Assembly: GCA_039024555.1 (NCBI GenBank) | Contig: JBCCQQ010000001.1 | Location: forward strand, 64,001 to 128,000 | Length of the DNA stretch: 64,000 nucleotides | DNA from: Cyanobacteria bacterium P01_D01_bin.156 | Lineage (GTDB): Bacteria; Cyanobacteriota; Cyanobacteriia; Phormidesmidales; Phormidesmidaceae | Reading direction: 5' to 3' | Part shown: positions 10,753-19,229 of the stretch, piece after piece | How positions within the stretch are numbered: position 1 is the stretch's first letter | How the letters are laid out: each line of letters starts with the position of its first letter | Made by a program: the position numbers and the translations under genes | Notes under the pieces: generated by a model | Told to the model about the DNA's origin: nothing | The model's database searches: none | The model's input: the letters and a program-made list of their open reading frames with translations, nothing else

Positions 10753-11163
10753 GGGTACGGACTTTGGGGGCAACATGGTCCGTCTCTCGATATTGCTTGA
10801 GCAATTTACCAACAAAGCTGGGGGCCACTCTGAATTGTTCTGCTAGCTTACGTTGAGAAATCCCACTGGCCACATAGGCGTCTACAATCTTCTGACGCAA
10901 GTCAATTGAATACGGCTTCATAACGTCGCAGAATCAGTCTGTTGGACAATACTAGTGTCATACCTTATCTGCATGGGAAACGCTATATGCTCATTAGTTG
11001 CTAAGAATTAGGCAATAGTTAATGAGTTGAAAAAGGCTGATAAATATTAACAACGCAAAGCAGCTATTGAAATATCCCAGGACTAATCACTACAAGCTAG
11101 AGGCTATCTGTTCCAATTAGTGAATAGTCAAGTAACAAAGGATAGGATCTTATATACTTTGTT

Positions 11164-13008
11164 CTACGGGACCATTTTTCGAATTACTTGCAAAGCTAAA
11201 TTTGCATCTATTCTGCCCTTACCATAACGAGCATGCCATTCTGTATCTGGTAGAGTTGAGCGAGCAGATTCAGCTAAGACTTCACGAATTTTTTCGATGG
11301 AAAGATCTTTGTTCAAATTACGAGCTTCAGCAAGCATAAGGGCTATAACTCCAGAAACAGCTGGTGCAGCCATACTAGTTCCAGATTTGCTAGTAACGCC
11401 TATCCCACTCGCTGAACTTGCCGCCATTACATTATGCCCAGGCGCACTTATCTCTGGTTTTTGACGTTTATCCCTAGTCGGTCCTGCACTTGAAAAGTCA
11501 GATATCGGCTGCCCAGGAGAGTAGGCATCATACGAGCCAACAACTATGCTGCATTTTCCGCAAGCAATAGAACTCAATGTATGGGAACTATCATGAGGTG
11601 AAGCAAATCGAGATGGCCCATCATCGTCACGTTCTATCCAGGCATGAAAATTACCATCCGTTATACTGATACCGTGAAGACGGACTGTGATTTTTGAAGG
11701 GGGAATTGGAGCTCCAGAACTAGCATTCATAAAAATGCCAATGCTGTTATCTCCATTCAAAGGGTCTTCTCGATTATGAGCTATAAAAAATATAAGTTCT
11801 CCATTTTCGTTACTGATTTTAGAGGAAGTTCCTAAATCTGTTAGACCTATGGTTTGACCCGTTTCATCAATTAATTCAACTCTTAGCTGATCTACTTTAC
11901 TGTACCAAATTTCCATTTCATTATGAGTGAAATCAAAATCTGCTGGATTAAAGTCATCATCAAAACCAACTTCCCATATCAAATCCGTAAAACATCCTTC
12001 TGCAACCCTACCTTGAGCATGAATACCGTCTGCAAAAGAATTGCTAGCCGCCACGACTACTGCACGGTTAGGCTTTGATTGGACTATTACATCAATTGCT
12101 TGCTCAACCAAGTTGGTGCCATCATGAGGGCCTCCATTAGTGCCAAGACTGACATTAATTACGCAAGGGTGATTTCCAGCTTGCTCAAATATATAGCAGA
12201 TAGCCTCTATGAGTTGACTTGAGCTGCCATAATTAGCTCGATTATTATCTGTATCAACAACATCTGTTCCTACCCACGCAACGTCACTCTTGCTAAGATG
12301 AACAAAAATAATATCTGATTGAGGAGCGATTCCAGCAACACCACTACCAAGACCATTGCCACAAGCAATGTCCATTACATGTGTTCCATGGCTTTTGAAA
12401 CCTGGAGAATAACCAAGAGTTATAAAGGGACTAGTATCAGCTGAAGTAAGTGCAGCATTAATTTCAGCTTGTGTATGAACTTTTCCATAGCCAAAAGGGC
12501 TTGTAGGATCTGATGTGGCCGTTTGATCCCACAACTTGAGAATTCGTGAAGTGCCATCAGAGTTGCGAAAATTACGGTGTAAGAAGTCACACCCTGTATC
12601 AATAATGCCAACTATTGTTCCTTGGCCCTGTTGCCCTTGATCCGGTTTTGGTAATAACTCTGTACGAACACCGATTTCTTGTACAGTCTTCCCTAAAGTT
12701 GTCTTTAGAGGTTGAGTCACCTGAATACTTTGAACATAAGGTAGTTGCATTAAAGCTTCTACTCTTGCTAATGGGATTTTTGCAGTTACAATATGAGCTC
12801 CCTCAGATGTCTTACCTAAGTCAGCTCCGGCAGAGACTTCACTAATATCTAACCAGCTTGTTAAATCAGAGACTTTAGCTAAAATGGCCATCTTATTGTT
12901 CGAAGTTGAACATGTCGCAGGAATCACCATTCCTTCTGACATAAGCTCCAGATAGAATTGGATTCTCGGATCAACTTTATGAGCAATCTGATTCGTTTCA
13001 AAATACAT
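11164..13008 (-). CDS. S8 subtilisin-like serine protease (CspA-like), no evident signal peptide
   Basis: Triad motifs IIDTG, HGTHV, GTSMAAP; QKPEISAPG. Confidence 0.9.
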   Translation of the reverse strand: MYFETNQIAHKVDPRIQFYLELMSEGMVIPATCSTSNNKMAILAKVSDLTSWLDISEVSAGADLGKTSEGAHIVTAKIPLARVEALMQLPYVQSIQVTQPLKTTLGKTVQEIGVRTELLPKPDQGQQGQGTIVGIIDTGCDFLHRNFRNSDGTSRILKLWDQTATSDPTSPFGYGKVHTQAEINAALTSADTSPFITLGYSPGFKSHGTHVMDIACGNGLGSGVAGIAPQSDIIFVHLSKSDVAWVGTDVVDTDNNRANYGSSSQLIEAICYIFEQAGNHPCVINVSLGTNGGPHDGTNLVEQAIDVIVQSKPNRAVVVAASNSFADGIHAQGRVAEGCFTDLIWEVGFDDDFNPADFDFTHNEMEIWYSKVDQLRVELIDETGQTIGLTDLGTSSKISNENGELIFFIAHNREDPLNGDNSIGIFMNASSGAPIPPSKITVRLHGISITDGNFHAWIERDDDGPSRFASPHDSSHTLSSIACGKCSIVVGSYDAYSPGQPISDFSSAGPTRDKRQKPEISAPGHNVMAASSASGIGVTSKSGTSMAAPAVSGVIALMLAEARNLNKDLSIEKIREVLAESARSTLPDTEWHARYGKGRIDANLALQVIRKMVP

Positions 13009-13538
13009 TCATTGTCTCCTAATTGAAAAATTGTTTCTTATATATCGTTGTATGCTCAATAAATAATTTAAGGAGATAAAAAAAGGCTAGATCATGGATA
13101 TATATTTAGGGGGGAAAATAGATATCGTACCTAAGATATGCTTAGGAATGCTCACGACTAGTACTGCTAAGATCACATTAACGAGCCTAACCAATGATAC
13201 CAAACGTTATGAAGCCGTTTAACGGTTGCATTAACTAGCAGGACGAATATAGCCTTGTACTATCTTGAGTTACACGAAGTTTTACACAATAGTTAGCCTG
13301 TGTTTTGTAGTATCTCTATAGATGAAAAATTGTTGTTGTCTTTGCGTCAAGAGATAATGTTGCTTCAGAAACTTCGGCATAGTTTTTTGCAGAAACTTAG
13401 CATAGAAGTTAAGGAGTGCCATGAATAACCAGCGTTACATAATTGAATAATTTTCGAAGGCAGTTATGATGTGGTTCAAGTGTTCTACTACCAAGGAACT
13501 CTTCAGCCTATGGATCATAAATACTGAATATCTGCTCT

Positions 13539-14618
13539 ATGCCTTCGCAATCACCGTTAATTCTATCTGATGCTTACGAACGGTTTTTAACCGACCTCAA
13601 GACGCTGATCAAAACTTCACAGATCAAAGCTGCGCTTGCGGTTAATTCTGAACTCATCAAACTCTACTGGAAAATCGGTCGAGACATTCTTCACCGTCAG
13701 CAACAGGAAGGCTGGGGTAGTAAGGTCATTGACCGCCTATCCCAAGATTTGAAACGGGAATTCCCTACGATGAAAGGGTTTTCTCCTAGAAATCTCAAGT
13801 ACATGAGGGCATTTGCTGAAGCCAATCCAGACCAGCAAATTGTGCAAGAGGTGCTTGCACAAATCACTTGGTACCACAATATTGCCCTGCTGGAAAAGCT
13901 TAAAGTCCCCGAAACTCGCTACTGGTATGCTCAGCAGACGGTTATTCATGGCTGGAGCCGTAATATTCTGGTCATGCAAATTGAAAATGGCTTGTTTGAG
14001 CGCCAGGGCAATGCCATCAATAATTTCCAGCAAACTTTACCACCTGAGCAAACTGATCTCAGCCATAGTTTGCTCAAAGACCCCTATAATTTTGACTTTT
14101 TAACATTACAGGATGCCTATCAAGAGCGTGACCTGGAACAGGCATTGATCGTACGAATCCGCGATTTTTTGCTGGAACTAGGCGTAGGCTTTGCCTTTGT
14201 GGGTAGTCAATATCGTTTAGAAGTAGAAGGCGACGAGTTCTTTCTTGATATGCTTCTCTACCATGTCAAGCTCCATCGATACGTGGTCCTCGAACTTAAG
14301 GTCACCGATTTCAAGCCAGAATATGCTGGAAAAATGAACTTCTACATCACTGCCGTTAATCAACTGCTGTGTGGTGACCGTGATGATCCAACCATTGGCA
14401 TCATCCTATGCCGCTCCAAGAAGCAAACGATAGTCGAGTTTGCTTTGGGAACTGTTCAGAACCCTATCGGTGTTTCAACCTATAAACTGCGTGACGAGTT
14501 ACCGCCAGCTCTGCAAGAAAGTCTACCGACTGTCGAGCAATTGGAGATGGAGCTGGATACAGCATTTCAAGAACTTAAATCCCAAAGCAATACATCCTTT
14601 AACCAAAGTGATGATTGA
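13539..14618 (+). CDS. YhcG/DUF1016 PD-(D/E)xK nuclease-domain protein
   Basis: LYWKIG, GFSPRNLKYMR, KDPYNFDFL, FLLELGVGFAFVG, ELK..FKPEYAGKMNFY, IGIILC. Confidence 0.92.
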   Translation: MPSQSPLILSDAYERFLTDLKTLIKTSQIKAALAVNSELIKLYWKIGRDILHRQQQEGWGSKVIDRLSQDLKREFPTMKGFSPRNLKYMRAFAEANPDQQIVQEVLAQITWYHNIALLEKLKVPETRYWYAQQTVIHGWSRNILVMQIENGLFERQGNAINNFQQTLPPEQTDLSHSLLKDPYNFDFLTLQDAYQERDLEQALIVRIRDFLLELGVGFAFVGSQYRLEVEGDEFFLDMLLYHVKLHRYVVLELKVTDFKPEYAGKMNFYITAVNQLLCGDRDDPTIGIILCRSKKQTIVEFALGTVQNPIGVSTYKLRDELPPALQESLPTVEQLEMELDTAFQELKSQSNTSFNQSDD

Positions 14619-14631
14619 GATTGCCATCAAT

Positions 14632-14850
14632 GAGCAAAGGTAACAAGACCTAACTTAGCTGAGCGTGAGGAGTTTTCTTCCTTGTCCTAAGACGCTAGTT
14701 GAGTAGCCGTATGACGTCAAAGGTAAAATGCACGCTCCTCCGTCGCGCCCTTGACATCATACGGCTACTCAACTCTCAGAAAGGACAGAAAGAAAAAACT
14801 CTCAAACGAAGTCATTGTTAATCAGGACAACCTAGACAAGGTTATTGCTC
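14632..14850. repeat. Long imperfect inverted repeat (fold-back element)
   Basis: Core arms 14697-14720 and 14751-14774 match 23/24; outer imperfect pairings extend the stem. Confidence 0.7.
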
Positions 14851-14986
14851 AAAAGATCAGTTCTGAATACACCGCTCATTCTTCTACATTGAACGCCACC
14901 TATTTCAAGAGCAGTTCTGAGTAGCAGAATAAGGCTTTCTGTCTTCGTGCTTTTTGAACTTGAAATAGCCCAAATTTACTTCGCCA

Positions 14987-15030
14987 TACTAAAAGGATTT
15001 GCGGCAAACTTGCGGCAAATCCTTTTAGTA
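14987..15030 (-). terminator. Hairpin downstream of tRNA-Gln, likely intrinsic terminator
   Basis: Perfect 16-bp IR TACTAAAAGGATTTGC/GCAAATCCTTTTAGTA with 12-nt loop; overlaps tandem TTGCGGCAAA x2. Confidence 0.7.
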
Positions 15031-15045
15031 AATCTCTGAAACTAA

Positions 15046-15117
15046 CTGGGGCGGTAGGATTCGAACCTACGAATGACGGGACCAAAACCCGCTGCCTTAC
15101 CGCTTGGCCACGCCCCA
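15046..15117 (-). tRNA. trnQ: tRNA-Gln (UUG)
   Basis: TGGGGCGTGGCCAAGCGGTAAGGCAGCGGGTTTTGGTCCCGTCATTCGTAGGTTCGAATCCTACCGCCCCAG; anticodon TTG, GTTCGAATC T-loop, no encoded CCA. Confidence 0.97.
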
Positions 15118-15323
15118 ACGTGTCCATACAAGCACTAGATTTACCAATACTTGACTGGTTTGATTTACCAGCTCATGTATATTAGCAGTTTTTATCCTTG
15201 TGCTGTCAATAACTACCGCTAATTTTTTTGAATTCCGCCCTATACCTCTGAATTAGTCGCTACAAGAACCTATTGCAGAGTTATGTAATAGTGAAGTCTT
15301 AAACATCAGCACTGCGTCCCCCA

Positions 15324-16415
15324 ATGAGTTCCATCCCATATCAAGCACCCTGGCCATTGAATCATGGCTTACTGATGACGATTCATACGGGGTTATGGGC
15401 TGGCAAAAACTGGCAGGCTACCCTCAACGAACCTGAACCCACCTATCAAGAGACGATTTTTACCGGTGCTCAGGGTATACCCATCTTCGGCCTCGTTGCC
15501 ATACCCCCCAATCCAAAAGGAACAATTATTGGCACCTACGGCATCACGGGCGACCTAGAAAATCAGTGGTTTCTGCGCATTATGGGTCGCAAAGCCTATG
15601 CCCAAGGCTATGCGGTCGTTCTTTACGATTGGCGTGCCCATGGAAAAACAGCCCAGCTATCTCCCACGCTAACGTCCGATGGCCTTTACGAAGGGGAGGA
15701 CTTTGTCAGAATTGCAGCGGCAGCCAAAGCGATGGGTTGTCCAGCGTCCTTTTGGTTTACGGCATTTTCGCTGGGAGGGCTACTGGCTCTATGGGGTGTC
15801 AACGCCGCCCAGGACTTACCTGCATGGGGTCCCAATCTGGACCTGACACCAGATGACATTGGTGGTTGTGCCGTTATTTGTCCAGCATTGGAATCGTTGC
15901 GATCGCTCCAATATTTAGTCAAGGCCCCCATCGGCAAATATCTAGAAAAATCCATCACTCGCAAGCTCAAGCTGCTGCTCCACGATCTACAGGAGGCCCA
16001 TCCTGGTGAATTTGATCCGGCGGCGGCTGCACGGGTACACAGCATTTGGAGCTTTGACCACGAAATGGTGATCGGTCGTTTGGGTTTCCAATCAGTAGCA
16101 GACTACTACCGGGCTACCAGCGGATTGTACCTATTGCCAGCGCTCAAAAAGCCCACCCTAATTCTCTATGCCGCTGACGATCCGCTGTTTGACCCCACAC
16201 TGGTACCGGATATTCAAGAACAGTGCGCAGCAAATCCGGCCATTGATTTGATCATGACAGCCCAGGGTGGCCATGTGGGCTACATTAGCAGCGCCGCTTG
16301 CCAACAAACAATTCAAGATCCTGACTGCTGGTGGGCTTGGAACCGTGTTCTAGATTGGTGTAATGCTCAGACGGCAAGCACTCAGCCTATGTCTCTGGCT
16401 GTGGACAGGGTTTAA
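15324..16415 (+). CDS. YheT-family alpha/beta hydrolase
   Basis: AFSLGG nucleophile elbow, YAADDP, GGHVGY. Confidence 0.88.
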   Translation: MSSIPYQAPWPLNHGLLMTIHTGLWAGKNWQATLNEPEPTYQETIFTGAQGIPIFGLVAIPPNPKGTIIGTYGITGDLENQWFLRIMGRKAYAQGYAVVLYDWRAHGKTAQLSPTLTSDGLYEGEDFVRIAAAAKAMGCPASFWFTAFSLGGLLALWGVNAAQDLPAWGPNLDLTPDDIGGCAVICPALESLRSLQYLVKAPIGKYLEKSITRKLKLLLHDLQEAHPGEFDPAAAARVHSIWSFDHEMVIGRLGFQSVADYYRATSGLYLLPALKKPTLILYAADDPLFDPTLVPDIQEQCAANPAIDLIMTAQGGHVGYISSAACQQTIQDPDCWWAWNRVLDWCNAQTASTQPMSLAVDRV

Positions 16416-16439
16416 GCCTAGACTGGAGGAGCTTTGGGG

Positions 16440-16520
16440 ATTGGGATTAAATTCGGAAGTCGGAATTTTGAAGTCGGAATTTTCACCCTTTCAGAATTGC
16501 GAACTCCGAATTCCAAATCC
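16440..16520. repeat. Short tandem heptamer-like repeats in inverted arrangement (STRR-like)
   Basis: TCGGAAG TCGGAAT TTTGAAG TCGGAAT followed by complementary AATTGCGAACTCCGAATT. Confidence 0.55.
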
Positions 16521-16576
16521 TAGATGCCTCAAAAAATCATCCTGCTTTGTGTTGATATCCAGCGTCCTGGCTATCT

Positions 16577-17710
16577 ATGTTTCTTCAATCTCTACACCTC
16601 AAACAGTTTCGAAACTACGGTGACCAGGCCGTTGAATTTTTGGCACCCAAAACTATACTCCTGGGGGAAAATGCCCAGGGTAAATCGAACCTGCTAGAAG
16701 CGGTAGAACTGCTGGCTACGCTCAAGTCCCACCGCACAAGTCGCGATCGCGACCTAGTTCAAAATGATGAAAACATTGCCCAAGTCCAGGCTAGCCTAAA
16801 ACGAGAGCTAGGCGTTGCCGCACTCCAACTCACCCTGCGACGGGGGAGTCGCCGTACAGCGATTATTAATGGGGAAACCCTCAAACGCCAACAGGATTTT
16901 CTCGGTCATCTCAATGCCGTACAGTTCTCCTGCCTAGACTTAGACCTCGTACGCGGTGGCCCCGGCATTCGCCGCACCTGGACCGATACTTTGCTGATGC
17001 AGCTAGAACCGATTTATGTGCATATTCTGCAGCAGTATAACCAGGTACTAAAACAGCGAAATGCCCTGTTCAAACACCACGCAAAACAACACTCAGCTGA
17101 GGAACAGCTGCCGCCCCTAGATCCCACACAGCTTGCCCTCTGGGATGCCCAGCTGGCCACCCTGGGGACTAGGGTCATTCGTCGCCGGTCCAGAATGCTG
17201 CAGCGGTTGATTCCCATCGCCCAAGCCTGGCACCAGTCCATTAGCGGCAGCACCGAACAGCTAACCATTCACTACAGTCCCAATGTCGATTTGGACAGCG
17301 ATAATCCTGTTGAAATTCAGCAGGCATTTCTGGATCAACTCAAGTCTCGCACCATGGCAGAACACTATCAGCGAACAACATTGGTAGGCCCCCACCGCGA
17401 TGACATCCAGTTTTTTATTAACGAAACACCCGCAAGACAATATGGCTCCCAAGGGCAACAGCGCACCCTAGTGTTAGCCCTAAAACTATCAGAACTCCAG
17501 TTAATAGAAGAAGTGGTGGGAGAGCCCCCACTCCTATTGTTAGACGATGTTTTAGCAGAGCTAGATCTCAATCGTCAAAATCAGCTACTAGAGACTATTC
17601 AAGACCGATTTCAAACGCTCATTACCACTACCCATTTAGGCTCATTTGATGCCCAATGGCTCAAATCTTCTCAGATTTTACGGGTTAGCCAAGGTCATTT
17701 ATCGCAGTAG
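16577..17710 (+). CDS. recF: DNA replication/repair protein RecF
   Basis: [41 protein letters not shown]. Confidence 0.97.
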   Translation: MFLQSLHLKQFRNYGDQAVEFLAPKTILLGENAQGKSNLLEAVELLATLKSHRTSRDRDLVQNDENIAQVQASLKRELGVAALQLTLRRGSRRTAIINGETLKRQQDFLGHLNAVQFSCLDLDLVRGGPGIRRTWTDTLLMQLEPIYVHILQQYNQVLKQRNALFKHHAKQHSAEEQLPPLDPTQLALWDAQLATLGTRVIRRRSRMLQRLIPIAQAWHQSISGSTEQLTIHYSPNVDLDSDNPVEIQQAFLDQLKSRTMAEHYQRTTLVGPHRDDIQFFINETPARQYGSQGQQRTLVLALKLSELQLIEEVVGEPPLLLLDDVLAELDLNRQNQLLETIQDRFQTLITTTHLGSFDAQWLKSSQILRVSQGHLSQ

Positions 17711-17722
17711 TAAGAGAGTTTT

Positions 17723-19006
17723 TTAACTAACTGTCTTGATAGCCGCTGCCAGCTTCTGTAATGCTTCATCGATCTCAGCAGCCGTAATTATCAGGGGAGG
17801 CACAAACCGGACAACATTAGGTCCTGCAGGCACCAATAACAGCTTTTCTGCAATGGCGGCTTTGACAATATCAATGGATTTAATCGGTGCATCGGCATTG
17901 AGCACTAGACCATTGATCAAGCCCCAGCCCCGTGCCTGTTCAAACAGATTAGGATAAGCGTCTACTAACTTCAAAAGCCCCTGACGCAGCTGTTGTCCTC
18001 GGGCGCTGGCATTCGCTATCAGTTTTTGCGATTCAACCGTCTGGCAAACAGCAAGAGCAACACCACACACAAAGGGATTACCGCCATAGGTGCTGGCATG
18101 GTCACCGGGCTGCAATACATCGCAGCTGGACTTACATAGCATGGCGCCAATGGGCACGCCACCGCCTAGGCCCTTAGCCACGGTAAAGACATCGGGTTCA
18201 ATGCCAAGATTTTCATAGCCCCAGAGTTTACCGGTACGGCCTACACCCACCTGCACTTCGTCCATGATCAACAAAATCTTATGCTGGTCGCACAGCTGTC
18301 GCACCCGCTGAAAGTATTGAGCATTGCCAGGGTTTACACCGCCTTCTCCCTGTAGGGCTTCGAGCAAAATACCGGCGACACGGGGGCCATTAGCATTTAA
18401 GGATGCGATCGCACTTTCTAAAGCGTCGCCATCGTTAAAGGGTACGTAATGAAATCCAGGAACCAACGGGGCAAAGTTCTTTTGATATTTAGGCTGTCCT
18501 GTAGCCGTGATAGTAGCCAGGGTGCGTCCATGGAAGCTGGCATTGGCCGTGATAATAACTGGCTCTTCAATACCTAGCCGAGTGTGGCCATACTTACGAG
18601 CCAGTTTGATCGCCCCTTCATTCGCCTCCGCTCCAGAATTACAAAAGAAAACCCGGTCAGTACAGGAATGCTCCGTCAACCATTGAGCCAATGCCCCCTG
18701 CTCTGGGATGTAATACAGGTTTGAGACATGATGAAGCTGCTGCATTTGGTGCGTTACCGCTTCGACCATCACTGGATTGGCATGGCCTAGGGTGCAGGTG
18801 GCAATTCCCGCCACCATATCGAGGTACTCATTACCCTGGTCATCCCACACACGACAGCCCGCACCGCGTGTCAAGGTCAAGGGAAATCGCCCGTATGTGG
18901 TCATCACATGGCGGTCAAAAACCTCTGGCTGAAAGCTCTGGGAGGATTTTGATCCATTACTAAAAACCTGAAGTGGATTTTTAACAAGCTGTTTGAGACT
19001 GACCAC
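17723..19006 (-). CDS. argD: Acetylornithine aminotransferase
   Basis: FFCNSGAEANE, SFHGRT, DEVQVG, AKGLGGG, HASTYGGNP. Confidence 0.93.
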   Translation of the reverse strand: MVSLKQLVKNPLQVFSNGSKSSQSFQPEVFDRHVMTTYGRFPLTLTRGAGCRVWDDQGNEYLDMVAGIATCTLGHANPVMVEAVTHQMQQLHHVSNLYYIPEQGALAQWLTEHSCTDRVFFCNSGAEANEGAIKLARKYGHTRLGIEEPVIITANASFHGRTLATITATGQPKYQKNFAPLVPGFHYVPFNDGDALESAIASLNANGPRVAGILLEALQGEGGVNPGNAQYFQRVRQLCDQHKILLIMDEVQVGVGRTGKLWGYENLGIEPDVFTVAKGLGGGVPIGAMLCKSSCDVLQPGDHASTYGGNPFVCGVALAVCQTVESQKLIANASARGQQLRQGLLKLVDAYPNLFEQARGWGLINGLVLNADAPIKSIDIVKAAIAEKLLLVPAGPNVVRFVPPLIITAAEIDEALQKLAAAIKTVS

Positions 19007-19229
19007 GGGCTGACCTCTAGAGGAGAAAAAGGACGGTAGGGTTTGTGCCGCTGCTGATGTAAGGGATAAAACAAGCCGCAGAACTTGGCGAGGTTCAGCA
19101 TTGGAGAACCAACGTTATCCCAAAGATTAGCAACGGTAGAATTTTTAATTCCCTAAAAGATTGTAGAAAATTGCTGGCGTTTTAACCGCTAAATCATTCG
19201 ATAGGTATTATCAAACTGAGCAATGTAAG

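Larger units (their letters stand above)
9423..10987 (-). mobile_element. IS630-family remnant split by an IS4-family insertion
   Basis: ATG 10921: MKPYSIDLRQKIVDAY..SQRKLAEQFRV..APKVRT, resuming as QQTS left of the IS4; IR-like end ..GGGAAACGCTATA at 10987. Confidence 0.75.

Noticed and set aside
13170..13280. attC-like GCCTAAC/GTTTAAC..GTT motifs
   Set aside because: No convincing internal palindrome, no integron integrase, no array.
14632..14850. Retron msr/msd interpretation of the long hairpin
   Set aside because: No reverse transcriptase in the window.
14900..15127. 75-aa ORF on the minus strand
   Set aside because: Overlaps tRNA-Gln and its terminator; spurious.
16440..16520. Possible CRISPR or mini-array
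   Set aside because: Heptamer repeats without spacers; no cas genes or array seen in the window.
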